DNA of 64,000 bases. It comes from Rhizodiscina lignyota (lineage: Eukaryota). Positions 1 to 12,439 of the stretch are shown piece by piece (position 1 is the first letter of the stretch; the number at the start of each line of letters is the position of its first letter). The DNA lies in contig ML978122.1 of the NCBI GenBank assembly GCA_010015805.1, positions 2,638,453-2,702,452 on the forward strand. Reading direction: 5' to 3'. Under the pieces are notes generated by a model. That model was not told the DNA's origin and searched no databases. It saw only the letters and a list, made by a program, of their open reading frames with translations. A program made the position numbers and the translations under genes.

Positions 1-2043
1 GAGGAACATCAGTTCCTCTTTGCGGTTAACACTATCAGCATGGTCAAGTCGGACGCTCTGTTCTCGTATATTGCACCTTCCAATGTCATTGGTTGGCTCA
101 TGCGACCAATGACATATGTCCTTCCCTTCCGAAGATACGTCAGGTTTAATCGGACCATCATCAAGTTGACGCATTTCCCACTGCTCTGGTCCATTTTCGT
201 ATACGAACGCTTCGTCCTTAGTCGGCGCATCTACGAACCTACAGATCTTGTCGAGCAAAGAGGTCGATCGTCTGGAAAAATGCCAGCGTTTTCGATGCGT
301 GCTCCGACTGGAGGAGCCTTGTTCAGTCCAGGCGCTAGACTGAGAGAACCAAGTGTTGCCACGTTTCACAAGGATCGTGCGCTAGACGAAGTATTCAGAC
401 GACCATTCAAGACTGGAAGCCGCACAAACCTCTCTGACAGGAAAAAGACCGTTGTGCACGACTGGATGGAAGGCATGGGCGATGAAGGTGGACCAGAAGA
501 GCCTCCAGAACAATCCCGCTCAATTGTTGATCTATTAGAATCTGGACGGCCCAGTTACAGACGAAGTAAGACTGGCGAGCTGATGGCAAAGAGGCACATG
601 TCCCTAGCTACCAGATCAATTGCATCAGACCCAGAAGAGTTGAGGAGCAGTATGATTGGCATTCCGAAACGTATATTAGAGGAAGACGAAGGGGATGAAG
701 AAGATTTAACAGAAAGTAGAGATATCGAAGGGGACAGCCGTCAACAAAACCTCTACTCTGAAGATGTCACACCAGAATCGGATCAGGAGCATGTGGATAC
801 TGGTGCGGAAGAGTCTGACAAGGAAAATCGCCGTTTTCGTTCTAGCCAAGTTGGTTCATACTTCGACACGTCTGCTTCAATGCGGTCTCGACCTGAGTCT
901 CAGGGGCGCTCGGGGATACAAGCCTCTTCACCTGTGCCTCTTGCTCCCCCACAGCGCGCGATCAAACCGAGACACCCTCTAGCGGAACAGCCTCTTTCGT
1001 CCGTCTCGCCACAGAAAAGCCGTCGTCAGGATCGTCCGCAACGATTCCATCATCGCACCATCTCCACCAATACAATTCTGTACTCTCCTCTAGATGTAGA
1101 TTCCGGGGCTCAGGTCAGTCAACAAGCCCAGCCTCGTCGCCCTCAAGTCCAGCTCTTCAAAACCCCTATCTCTCACTCTCCCCGCTCTCGTTCGCGATCT
1201 CCCGTCAAGGGCAGCTCCTCGGGTCCAACAACCGCCAAACAATCTTCTGGGGTCATAACACCGGGACGTGGTGTCCTTGCTGGTGGAGGCGCTAAACGCC
1301 CTCCCACTTCTGGTGGACAAGCACAAGCAAAGCCGAGGCCAATCATGCCCCCTCGTGGCTTCCACGAAACGGCTCCAAATCTCAATCTCGCCGGATTCTT
1401 AGCCCTCGACAGGGAGCTGGATCGCAGGAAGCCCAGCTTCAACACCATTGCATTAGACCTGGCCTCAGATCTCGGGGACAATAGATACAGGCCAGATGTT
1501 GGCGCTATTAGCGGTATGCCTGCCAGCTTTTCCACACAATTGGAGGTGGAACGACAGAGGCACCTGAAACAGCAGATTGCAAAAATGCAGACGAAGCCGA
1601 GCAAACCTGGAACTGCAGCACGACTGGGTTTTGGATTTCCATTCCCAAGCGCTGCGAATCCATTTTCTCTTGGCCATGCTAAGGACGAGGATGGTGAAAA
1701 TGACGACGAAGGAGATGGCGCACGACGAATGTCGAAGTTAATGCTCGCTCGTATGTCAAATCTGGAGGAAGGGTTCCGAGAAGTTTTGAACGAAGTCCGA
1801 GAGTGGAGGAGAGAAGGCGGGATCAGGACTATGCCTGCGACTGCACCTGGCAGTGCGGGAAGTACGGAAATTGGGGAGAAAATTCCAAGAAGAGGAAGTG
1901 ATGGTGCAGAGATTGAGAGCCCAAGAGAGAGGAGGAGAGGGAGAGGCAAGAGAAAGATGCCCCTTGACGATGACGGTGTGCAACACGCGGATTTCGGACG
2001 CGACATGGAGAATGAGGAGGCGAGGCAGAGCTCAAGTGTGTAG
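1..2043 (+). CDS. 3' part of a YVC1-like/TRP-type fungal ion transport protein with a long disordered C-terminal tail (5' end outside window)
   Basis: Frame is open from base 1 (EEHQFLFAVNTISMVKSDALFSYIAPSN...RFNRTIIKLTHFPLL), a segment I recognise from fungal YVC1-like channels; then an S/P/R-rich tail and a coiled-coil (KLMLARMSNLEEGFREVL); stop at 2041-2043. Confidence 0.7.
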   Translation, partial: EEHQFLFAVNTISMVKSDALFSYIAPSNVIGWLMRPMTYVLPFRRYVRFNRTIIKLTHFPLLWSIFVYERFVLSRRIYEPTDLVEQRGRSSGKMPAFSMRAPTGGALFSPGARLREPSVATFHKDRALDEVFRRPFKTGSRTNLSDRKKTVVHDWMEGMGDEGGPEEPPEQSRSIVDLLESGRPSYRRSKTGELMAKRHMSLATRSIASDPEELRSSMIGIPKRILEEDEGDEEDLTESRDIEGDSRQQNLYSEDVTPESDQEHVDTGAEESDKENRRFRSSQVGSYFDTSASMRSRPESQGRSGIQASSPVPLAPPQRAIKPRHPLAEQPLSSVSPQKSRRQDRPQRFHHRTISTNTILYSPLDVDSGAQVSQQAQPRRPQVQLFKTPISHSPRSRSRSPVKGSSSGPTTAKQSSGVITPGRGVLAGGGAKRPPTSGGQAQAKPRPIMPPRGFHETAPNLNLAGFLALDRELDRRKPSFNTIALDLASDLGDNRYRPDVGAISGMPASFSTQLEVERQRHLKQQIAKMQTKPSKPGTAARLGFGFPFPSAANPFSLGHAKDEDGENDDEGDGARRMSKLMLARMSNLEEGFREVLNEVREWRREGGIRTMPATAPGSAGSTEIGEKIPRRGSDGAEIESPRERRRGRGKRKMPLDDDGVQHADFGRDMENEEARQSSSV

Positions 2044-2202
2044 GGCCTGTTGCTGAAGGGTGGATATTTTGCTTTCTGCATCATACCCTATATGTGGGTG
2101 GCTTTCGGTTTTGATTTTCAGGGTGGAGCATTCCAGCGATTCTATTGACTTCTGCAATTCTAACCCTTCTTACTTCTAATTGTCATTCTAGGTAAATTCA
2201 TC

Positions 2203-3075
2203 TTAAGCGTGCCACCCAACACCCCTCTCCTTTGCCAATATATCTTGCACGTAATGTCCTTCAACATCTAAAAAGTCTTGTTTCCCTCCCTTGTTGACAA
2301 CCTGGTCTCCATCTGGCCTCTTCGAGTACACCAATCCGCCAAAATTGTCATCTTCTACCAACTTCACCATCCCGGCCGCCATCTCGTCCGGCGTATTGTC
2401 GGGCCTATGTTCCTTGAAATCCGAACGATAGCCAAACATCTTCGCCTTATCGTCTTGCCTGTCCGTCCAGAGCGGAGAAGTTACCAGGCCAGGACACATG
2501 GTCACAACTTTGATCCCTTCCTCCTCATCTGCTAGTCCGAGGCTCCTGCCCAGTCCAACGACCGCGTGCTTGCTCGCGCAATACAGTGCGGAGATGTAGA
2601 TACCTCCGAGGCCTGCACCTGAAGCGACTAAGCAGACCACGCCTTTCTTGTCCGCGCCGAGAAGCGCGCGAAACGCCAACCTGGTGAATTTGATGGGATG
2701 CTCGGCGTTAATCCGCATAGTAGCATACGACTTGTCCTCCGTATCTGCCCAGAAGTTCGACCATGGCGGTTCAAAGATGCCTGCACAAGGACAATACACA
2801 TCCGGGACATCATCCCAGGTCTTGACGGAGGTGGTGATGACGTTCTTCAGGTCCTCCCAGTTGGTAACGTCGCATTTGGTGAACACGACGGAGCCATCTT
2901 TGGCGCTGTTCACGAACTCCGATCCCTGATCGGTGAGCTTGAGGTCGCCGATGACTACTCTGGCGCCCTTGGAGTGACATATTTTGGCGAAGGAGAGGCC
3001 GATGCCGCTGCCGCCTCCTGTGACTGCTACTATCTTCCCCTTGACTGGGAATGCGCCGACTGGTCCTTTGCCCAT
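2203..3075 (-). CDS. Short-chain dehydrogenase/reductase (15-hydroxyprostaglandin dehydrogenase-like)
   Basis: Intronless 290-aa ORF with TGGGSGIG Rossmann motif, CDVT and catalytic YCASK (YxxxK). Confidence 0.92.
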   Translation of the reverse strand: MGKGPVGAFPVKGKIVAVTGGGSGIGLSFAKICHSKGARVVIGDLKLTDQGSEFVNSAKDGSVVFTKCDVTNWEDLKNVITTSVKTWDDVPDVYCPCAGIFEPPWSNFWADTEDKSYATMRINAEHPIKFTRLAFRALLGADKKGVVCLVASGAGLGGIYISALYCASKHAVVGLGRSLGLADEEEGIKVVTMCPGLVTSPLWTDRQDDKAKMFGYRSDFKEHRPDNTPDEMAAGMVKLVEDDNFGGLVYSKRPDGDQVVNKGGKQDFLDVEGHYVQDILAKERGVGWHA

Positions 3076-3863
3076 ATTTTTGTCTTTTCAATGTATTGTT
3101 GTATCTGATGATAAGGTAAATGTTAAATATTTCCGATGTTTATGTCCCTTGCTCTTCCGATCCCAATTAATTTCAACCTCAAAGCGTAAGATAGGAGACA
3201 TGGAAGAAGCATAACGGTCGAGCATCCCCGCCCTTCCGCTTTGCCGTGGTAAGATACTCTCGAAAGAGGGGATCTCGGCTTTATCAGATGTCTTGACTCG
3301 CAAAACATATTCCGACTGGAAACTGCTCGCAAGAATGATAGGCCCTCGAATAGTCTACTACCTGCCCAAAAGAGTCATCGTGGCCTTAGAGGGGTTATGC
3401 GTGCCAGTTAAATATAAACGAAAGGCCTGTCCTCCTTAGCTCTTATTTTAGGTGGGGTGGCACCCAAATGCAGGGGCTTCACCCCACCCGGAGACTCACC
3501 GCTCACACAAATTGTCGGGAGGTCTCAGCCTTACTGGATCTCTCCACGACAATTTGTCTCTCGACGACTGCCATTGACAGTGTCCCACTATCACAGTGAT
3601 AGCTGCTCTTGTTGCTTTTGTGACGACCAATATATTCGTTGTAGTATTAATCGTAGTTAGAGTACTCCTTGTCGAAGAGCCTGCTCCACCGACCGTCCTA
3701 AACAGGTCACCGATCTCGATGTCCGTTCATATCTTTCAACTGACAAGTCCTCTTTCAACAGCTCTCATACCTCGACAATTCTCATACAGCGTCCACTCCT
3801 GTTCACTCTCTGCTCTGATTCTTCCTTGCAACACTAACAGTACTGCTTATACGTTTCTTCTCC

Positions 3864-4825
3864 ATGGCGCCAGATCCGCGCATGGTCGTCATCAACAACT
3901 TTACCAAGACACTGCACAGCAAAGTTCCGTCACAACTCAACCCCAAGCTCACGAGGCTCCCATCGCCATACACAGTATGCGTTATTGGGGCTAGCTCTGG
4001 TATTGGCGAGCACATCGCTTACTCCTACGCCTCTGCTTCCGCGACGAACATCCTTATCGCCTCTCGCGATATGGAAAGTTTGGCAATTGCAGCAGAAAGA
4101 ATGAAGCAGCTCAACCCACAAGCTCGAATTGAAGTCCATGCTTGCGACGTGACTTCCTCCGAGTCTGTCGCTGCTCTGGCTCAATTCACGAAAGACACAT
4201 TTGGCCGGCTTGATGCTCTCATCCTGAACTCGGGTTACGCAGGCCCAGTAACATTACGAATAGACAAGGGTGAGCCAGAATGGGTCCAGCGTGCTTTTAA
4301 TGTCAATGCGATGGGAACGTATCTCGTCGCACATTACTTTATGCCCCTGATCATGGCGTCAGAAGGCGGTACAAAGACATTCATTGCGGTTGGTTCTTTC
4401 GCTGGTTGCATTCGGCGCGGTCCCATCGCAAACACTGGCTATACTGTTAGTAAGATGGCACAGACACGACTCATCGAGTACCTCAGCGAGCAGTTTGGTG
4501 AGGATGGCTTGCTGCCTGTAGCCATACATCCCGGGGCAGTCCTGACGCCAATGGCGGAGGGAAACACGCCTGAGGAATTTATGCCATGTGAGTGCTGTTT
4601 TTTTACCTTTGCGAGCTGCCAGAGAACTAAAGTTTTGATGTAGATCTAACTGACGAAGTCGACTTGTGCGGAGCAGTATGCGTTTGGCTGAGCTCAAGGG
4701 CGAGAGATTTGCAATGGCTCGCAGGCCGCTTGATCTCGGCGACGTGGGATATGGATGAGTTGATCTCGAAACGTCACGAGATTGTGGATAAGGATCTACT
4801 CAAATTTGCAATGCTCACAGGGTAA
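3864..4825 (+). CDS. Short-chain dehydrogenase/reductase, two exons
   Basis: GASSGIG, CDVT, NSG and YTVSK motifs; intron 4588-4643 (GTGAGT...TAG) restores YLTDEVDLCGAVCVWL...WLAGRLISATWDMDEL; stop TAA at 4823-4825. Confidence 0.9.
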
Positions 4826-5701
4826 TGAGTGATTCACGGTCCTACACCTGTTATCATATTCGCCAGCTGCCGCACCTTGGTTATCATCTATCACCCCAGA
4901 GCACAACGCTTATTAACAAATATCTCGTCTTTTGACAATGATCTACTGTTTAGGGAGAGCGAAAAGACTATGTCACTTTGATCCATTAACCAATGAGATG
5001 AACTGGAAGTCGTCGAATAAGAATCCTTGTACCACATGGGTAAGACAACGAGGCAAACAGTTGCACAGGTGCAACGACTCAGCCTCCACCATTTCGATCT
5101 CAGCCAGAATCTCATAAGGCTGGAACCGGCAAACTACCTGTTTGACTCGTGATTCCCGCTTTGAGTATTTAAATGTTCAATGGCATATGCGCACAGCCTC
5201 ACATATTTACAGGGCAGAGCCGGATGAAGTGTCCGTATTGTGTTTCATCTTGTTCTTTGCATCCTCGAAAGCCTCAAACTGATTGGATTGGGAGGCCGGA
5301 CGCACACCGACTTCCAATACGACGTGCAGCCGCCACGCATTTGCGAGCTGCGCAGCCTCGTGGAGTCTGGGCAGTGCCCTCAGAGTCCCGGTCCCTTCAG
5401 CCTCGGATTTTAATCTCAAGAGAGCCTCGATTTGCACCAGTTCATTTATTCTCACTCTGGTGGGCACATGTTTGTCAATGATCGATTTCATTATACTGCT
5501 TTAAAATTATCTACCTGTCCTTGGTCCTCTTGTTTCTCACCTCACAACAACAGAGATCGATGGTTCACATTGAATAAAAACTGGAGCTTTTCGCAAACTG
5601 GTCCCTCCAGAGAGCCTTCATCTACTTCTCAACTACTCTCGAATCGGTGGAAGTCACTAGCCCGCCAAAGGTCTCCGAATCCTGCTCAACCTTGTGTGAA
5701 A

Positions 5702-6736
5702 ATGTCACATGATCTTGTCGGATATACCCCCGAGCCAAATGCAGGACGCGGAACGGTCAATATCTTGTGGACGTGCCTTGCGACGGTCTTCCTATGCACC
5801 TATACTGTTCTCCATCTCGATGTGCCCAGTCGATCAGATAAGTGGCACTTGATCCGACGCAAAATCAAATGGGTGGCCATCGGTGTCCTGGTCCCAGAAC
5901 TAATTGCTTGGATTGCCTTTGACCAATGGCTTTACGCAAGGAGGACCTGGAAACTCATGCGGCAATACTCATGGAGCACTGCAACGATGCTTGATGCACA
6001 TTTTCTTGCAATGCAAGGTATATCGGTGAGAACCAACAGCGGCACTGTTCAAAGAACCATCAACAAGGAGATGGTAGAACAGTTTGTGAAGATAGAGGAA
6101 TATCGGAAGGCATTCCCGCCTGTGGAGCTTATACGGGACAAAAGCAAAACAGACTTCCTCGGGAAATTAATGACCTGCCTTCAGATCCTCTGGTTCCTTA
6201 TCCAGGTTCTCAGTCGCAAACTCCAAGGTCATGATGTGTCCCTCATAGACGTATCTAATGTCTCTTACGTCTTACTTGCCCTCTTAAGTTTCGGATTCTG
6301 GGCGGAGAAACCGAATGATATCTCTCAACCGATAGAGGTAGATCTCCCTAATAGCGTGGATAACTTTGGTCAGGGGTGGCCCTCAAGCTGGCTCCGAGAT
6401 CATCCTCATGATTCTGAGTAGAAGACCGCGGTAGTGGCACTCTTCTTTGCGGCAATATTCTCTGCCATCCACTGTGCGGCCTGGGGCTATGACTTCCCAA
6501 CGCCTGTCGAAGCTTGGCTTTGGAGGTCTGCTGCAATTGTCTGTTTCATTTCGCCTACCATTCTTGTTTGCTTGGCTTTTTTCGCTGAAAATTCTTTCAC
6601 GATGTCTGTATCTTCCGCAACATATCTCATCGCACGATCATACTTGCTGGTGGAAAGCTTTGTGGTTTTTCGGGCGGCTCCTGCAAGTATCTACAGATCT
6701 GTCTCCTGGGCACAGTATATACCACATCTGGGGTAA
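5702..6736 (+). pseudogene. Uncharacterised fungal multi-pass membrane protein interrupted by one in-frame TAG (6419-6421)
   Basis: ORFs 5432-6421 and 6434-6736 share a frame; family-like motifs RGTVNILWTC..LHLDVP, PELIAW.AFDQW, IRDKSKTD.LGK, W.EKP.D before the stop and IHCAAW.YDFPT..E..LWR, YLIAR..LLVESF after it; no convincing intron spans the stop. Confidence 0.6.
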
Positions 6737-7158
6737 TCAAGTAGTGTTGAATTAACCACAATAGGGGCTAAATGAATTTGTTATTTATTTCATTTTTTGG
6801 GTTGAATTTTGCCTCTTATTTCCATGTACTTATCAAGGGCTTCTAGATGTAAAAGTAAAAAGTAAAGTACATACCATGAAAAAGAAGATATATAGTAATA
6901 TTTCCACGATTAAATCTCGTTTACTACGTAAATCCTTAATGTAATGGAATGGATCTTCAAACAATAAGCCAGGAGGCCCACGCCATCTTTCAGATAAAAT
7001 CGACTCGTAGAGAGAGTGGCAGAGGATCGGAAGTGGCTTCTCTGAGCGGCGCACTCAAGTTCCAGGTATTTCTGATTGTGAACTAATAGCTAATTCGCGA
7101 GCATTTAGATTCAAAGAGTGATCTCATTACTTTCTCCTTGTACCTAGTTTATCTCGGC

Positions 7159-8452
7159 TCAATACAGTTTTGGGACCCTCCATGGCGCCCATCGCGGATC
7201 ATAAGTCCAATTTCCCACCGTCCTAAACACGCTCGTATCCGCCTGTTCATCAAACAAAAACTTGTCATAAAAGGCTGTGATCTCGCTGACCTGATCGCTC
7301 GGAAACATGCAATGATCATGCGGGCCATCTTGGCTGAACCCCTGATGATTACCAACCCCGAGTGACTGGAAGATCTTGTTCGCCGTCTTCATGCACTCGT
7401 AGTTACTCCAGTCTCCGAGCCAGAGGAAGCCGACATTCTCAGTGGAGTACAGACCACGGGGTGCTACGAGGCCGGCAAGTTCGTGATGGTCGACGGGTAG
7501 AAGGCCGATGCTGTAGTTTGTGGCGGCGAACTGGTCAAATGAGAGGGAGAACCACACATTCTCGGTCACGATCTCGACAGCGGCTTGAGTCGCCAACCCG
7601 CGATTCACCAGCATGTCGCGGCTGGTACGCCAGCATGCGTCACCTCCACTACCACTCTCCTGCGGAATGGTGAGGATGATGCGCTCGTCGAAGGCACCGG
7701 CAACCAAAACACCTTTACCGTCACGGCTGCAACCCGTTATGCCGAGCTTCTTGGTGTTGATGTTGAGGTCTGGAGAGGCCTCTAGGACGTCGATGATGCG
7801 GCTGACGGCCCAGGCCCAGGCCATCATGGAGGAGGCAGAGGCGTTGTGGCCATACAGGTCGTAGTAGAGGCCGAGGCCGCGGGAAGAGGTGTTGTCTTGC
7901 TGGCCCATCTCGGAGTTGTCGAAGACGATGATTGCGGCGCCATCGGGAGCTGGCACGGACAAGCCTCCGTACGCAATTAGTGCCGGATAGGGTTTCTTAC
8001 CGCTGGAGGGGTAGGTAATGTTCACAGTCCAGTCAATAGTATTGCTCTGCCATCCTGCAGTGATGGTCAAGCCGGTAGTGTTTGACGATACCTTGGAGGT
8101 AGAGGACTTGAGGACCGGCGGACGTGTTGGCTTGAGGCCGAGCTCGTACTTTTGAAATAGAGAGCGCAGCTGGGCGGCACGGCAGGTCCAGGAAGCCTTG
8201 CTGGATACTGGTGCGCCTGACAGGAAGTAGAAAGGATCCGGTAGGATATATGTTTGGTTGACGAGCTTTATGTGAGAGGGGAGACGCGCACACTCGTCCG
8301 GAACCTCGCCGACTAGTAAAGGTTAGCAGTCAGATGAGCAAATTGATGAGAAGCTCCTCACATTCTCGTCCATATCCCGCTCCATACCCGTAGTCTTGGG
8401 CCAAGGTGGAAGTGAAAGAGAGAACGAACGGAATGAAACTTGCGAGTCTCAT
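7159..8452 (-). CDS. Secreted 4-O-methyl-glucuronoyl methylesterase (CE15 glucuronoyl esterase), no CBM1 seen
   Basis: Signal peptide MRLASFIPFVLSFTSTLA; intron 8313-8361; LPDPF; catalytic GCSRDGKG; PQESGSGG..CWR; DHHELAGLVAPRGL; HDHC.FP. Confidence 0.93.
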
Positions 8453-9090
8453 GGTGATAGTGATTTGACCGGACTCAAGACTGAGGCAATGAGGTTTGAA
8501 AGCCACAACTACGAAATCATGACTATAATAAAAGAATATATATGAGAGAATTTTATTATCCACAACTTATCCAACACACCAGAATAGTTTCCATTGCTCC
8601 GCAGACCTGCAGGCCGCTCATTCTTCCGTAAAATAATGCTGTCAAAAAGATTTCTCCGCTGGAATGATCGGCAGTTCTATTTGACAAGGCGATTGCCATA
8701 ATAAGAGAGAGTGTAGTGCAAAAGTGAAGGAGAAGATGCAAGTTTGCAGATCATTGTACCTGACCATGCGGGGAAAATACTGACGGCTAAAAGCACAATG
8801 CACGTGCGGATCTTCATGACCTGGAAAGAACATCGAGCCACGAGGAGGAGAAAATCTTGACAAGCTTCAGCTAAATTTACTTTAGCCGGTTCAAGCTTTT
8901 CTGACCCCTGCTGGGCTGGTAGTTACACGCAGTGATGATCACCTAGCATTAGAGTAAACTTGCTGAATATACTCCTTTCCCCATTCATTAGCATCACTGA
9001 TGTAGAACAAAATGTCAATATTTTACATTGACGGGAGTCTCCTAAGTAAAAAGTACAATACAAAGCTATTTTCCCAGACATTACACTGTA

Positions 9091-11417
9091 CTATTCGAGG
9101 ACTATGGTGGTCCAACACGGATTGGCAAGACGCCACAAATCCATATCGACATATCCCATTCCCACACGGCGGACGACATGGGTGCTACCTCGTTTGCGAT
9201 TAAGTATTGTCCTTCTAACAATGTCGGGACTCCGGTCTTCCATATCGACTAGCATGACGCACAACTGCCATACAGTTGTTGGAACGGGTGAGTTATGCCA
9301 TGGGCCTTTCCGCAGCGCTCGTCTGTGATACCTTCCAAGCAATGCGGCACAAATCACAATAAAGCATTGCGTGTTGCCATGCTGGAGCATCTGTGTTGCT
9401 AATATCCTGGTCAATGCTATTTTCCCGATCCGAAGATTCTGATCATCATTTGTCGTGTACAGATAAAATTCCAGACTGTTTTCACCGTCCCCTTCCGCCC
9501 CGTCCCGCTTTTCCATGGCAAGCCTGGCGAATGTAGTGTTGAATACCAAGCATCCAGGGCGTTTTCGCGCCTCTCGACGGGCGGCAGAGTCCAGCTCCTC
9601 ATGGTCCAGCATTGACCAGGGATTATGGGGGCCAGCTCGCCATGCACGTATGGAATCGAACTCCTCTGGCAAAGCGGCGTAACCATATGACGGCTGGACG
9701 GTGTGAGTCGTCCGAAAATCTATGGGGCTTGAGAACCACCACTTCTCCTGTGACTCTAACCGGACAGGGCGCGGTCTTTTCTTGTGGTCTTGTACATACA
9801 GCTTGACGAGGATGCCAATTATTTTGGCGGCCATTAGGTCTCGAATCCCAATATTAATAGCACCTGTCCACGCTGCCCAGCTCCAGCTCGGAATATGAGG
9901 GACACCTTTCCTCCGCTCGTGGTGTCTGGCCTCCCACAACAGGGCTGAAAGCAATAAATTCTCAGGTATCCCAAAAAGGAATTGCGTCTGTAGAGTCGCA
10001 GCCAACACGTTGCTTACACCGGCGAAAGCATTCAACACGTCGGCCTCGAATGAGAAATTCCTTGCGGTGTAATCCTTGACGAGTGCAATGTAATCTATCT
10101 TCGAATTTATGTCACGATCCCCCAGAGGTTGGTTGCTCTGCCTATGGCTCTCCAGTTTCGACTTGGTCAAACGTCTGTGTCCGGCTGATATGCCTGCCTC
10201 TTCTTCGACTAGGCACTTAGAGCATCTGAAATACACCTGGTGGTCTGTTACATAAAGGATCCTCGGCGACAGGATACCCTCCTGAAACGTCCAACCTCGT
10301 GTACACCATAATGATTTCGTGATAACGGACTCAAAGTTGGTTTTGATGCTGTCGCCTTCGACGAGGGACTGTCGCGTTTTGTTCGCTAAAGTCGGGCGTC
10401 TCTCTCGACCGCGGACTCCTGGCAAGCCCGTTACATCCGCCCTCTCAGTAGCAGCAACAATCGTGAAGGCGGCCTTTCCGTATATCTCATCCATGACCTG
10501 GATCTGACCATGCTTGTCGACACCATCCTGCACAATGCATAATCTGTCTATCCACATGTACGTCTTGCCGAGATCGGAGCAGAGACTCAGTGCATCTGTA
10601 ATGGCATCGGGTAGTGCAGAAGTTGTCAAGGCACTGGCCTGGCTGAGCACATCCACGGTGCTTCTGGTAAGCTGTACATCGTTTCCGTGAGCGGTATTCC
10701 AGACGTAACTCAGTGCGACGTATCTGACCGGTGCTGCCACCAACGTGATGCACGACTTTTCGACGTCGATGAGACGGAAGTTTTTTGGAACAGCAGTTGG
10801 CAGATTCCAACATGTATCGCCATGCATTTGTTCGCACTTTGATATCCAGCTCCTCACTAATGTGACATCGAAACTCGATGTATCCCACAATTCTACTCGA
10901 GACAGTTGATTCAGGTGCTGCTCATCTTCGTAGAAGAGCCGAACGCCCAAACTTTGCTGAGACTGATCCAGATAAATTCCACGAAAGTGATTCTGGTGCA
11001 TTTCTGTCTTTCCCATTAATACGAAACATAGAGCACAAGTTACAGGACCAAAGATCTCAGCGTCATCCGCAGTAGACTCTGACGAGTCAGTAGATGGTCG
11101 TCTCTGTTGATATGGATCTTCGTAAACAATGCGGATGAGCGGTCCGACAGCTACTTCGATAGCGGAAGTTCAGCGCGGTCTATGTCCATGCCGTCCGTTT
11201 CTTGAGCGATGAGGGAGCTGAGCAGCTCGCATATCAGACAATTTCGTTGTTGGATCATTTCCCCCAGGAGGACAGTACGAGTGCCGAAGCTCGAGGCAAT
11301 CATGCCCGTACACTGGTTAAAGCCTTGACAGCCGTTACACAAGCGAGGGTTTTGATTTGTTGTTGTAGCTTCTCCTCCGGCTTCATGACTTTCGAGATTC
11401 ATGCCTAAATGCGCCAA
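9091..11417 (-). CDS. HET-domain (heterokaryon incompatibility, PF06985-type) protein; N-terminal Cys-rich segment lies in a different frame
   Basis: RLIDV, YVALSYVW, WIDRLCIVQD, QIQVMDEIY, W.TRGWTFQE..LS.R, Y..R..S...D.LNAF.G, PSWSWAAW; main frame open from about 11169 down to 9091; upstream ORF 11151-11417 has LCNGC...CLICELL. Confidence 0.88.
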
Positions 11418-12439
11418 TGAGGGACCGAAAATGAGATGTTAGATATAAGTTTTCGCTGGACCCGTTTTCCGATTAGATCGGGCAATAGTCAGTGAGCGGA
11501 TTGCGCTTTAAGCATTGATTGCTTAGGCATCTACTTATCAGTCAACTGTCTGACTTCAGCCGGTCGCCATACAGGTCTATTGTATTCGGGCCTCGTAAAG
11601 CCTTGGCGAGAACAAAGCGGACCTGAGTAGGGTATGTATGCTGATGCGTAAAATTTAGCACACCAAATACTATTGCCAAATAACAGAGATGAAACAAACT
11701 TGGAGAAATATCTCAGTATTGATTAGACAGTGACATGATAGCCAATCGAGCTATTGTATAGTTCATGAAACAGTTGAGATACTCAGTCACACGTTGCGGG
11801 GCTGTTCGCCAGATTTTCTGCACCAGTGTATGCTCATTGGCTCGGGACGATCAAGATACTCTACCTAGCCTCGCGTGACTGTGGAGAAGTGAATCAACTC
11901 CATTAGAGGAGAGCGAAATCTCGAAGGAGACATTCCACACCGAAAAGATAATGGCGTGAGCATTTCAGTACTGTCCGGCCACGGCACCGGAGCTGAGTGC
12001 ACTGCCCAAAGCATCACAGATTCGACCAATGAGTTGCAGAAGCTATCGTGAATTGCGTCGAGTCCTCAACAAGGCTCTCATCGAACCACAGAGGACTATT
12101 GAAATCCTCAAACTCGGAGAACCATAAGAAGACGAGGACGAACGCGTCATTGCGAAGTTAAGGGGTGGGCGTGTGGCGCGGATGGAATGGGAGGATCCGA
12201 AGCGCGAACCAGGAAGGAATAGCGTCGCTCCTTCTCGTATTCCACTTGGGAAAACGAGTTAAGGGTGCACGGACCCTGGTCACGTGAGGGGCTATCAACG
12301 TCCATCGTGCGCCGCCGTCTCCAAACCACCTGCAGGGCAATAATAAAATGTGATCGCATTCTGTTCTAGCAAGACCAGCCATGCTAGCGCCTTATACACC
12401 TGCACACATGCCTTTTGAGACGAAATTCACGCAATCGCT

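Noticed and set aside
1173..2084. 303-aa minus-strand ORF
   Set aside because: Antisense to the channel C-terminus; no recognisable motifs.
6760..7100. AT-rich patch as a RIP-degraded transposon
   Set aside because: Short, with no recognisable TE motif; consistent with a convergent terminator region.
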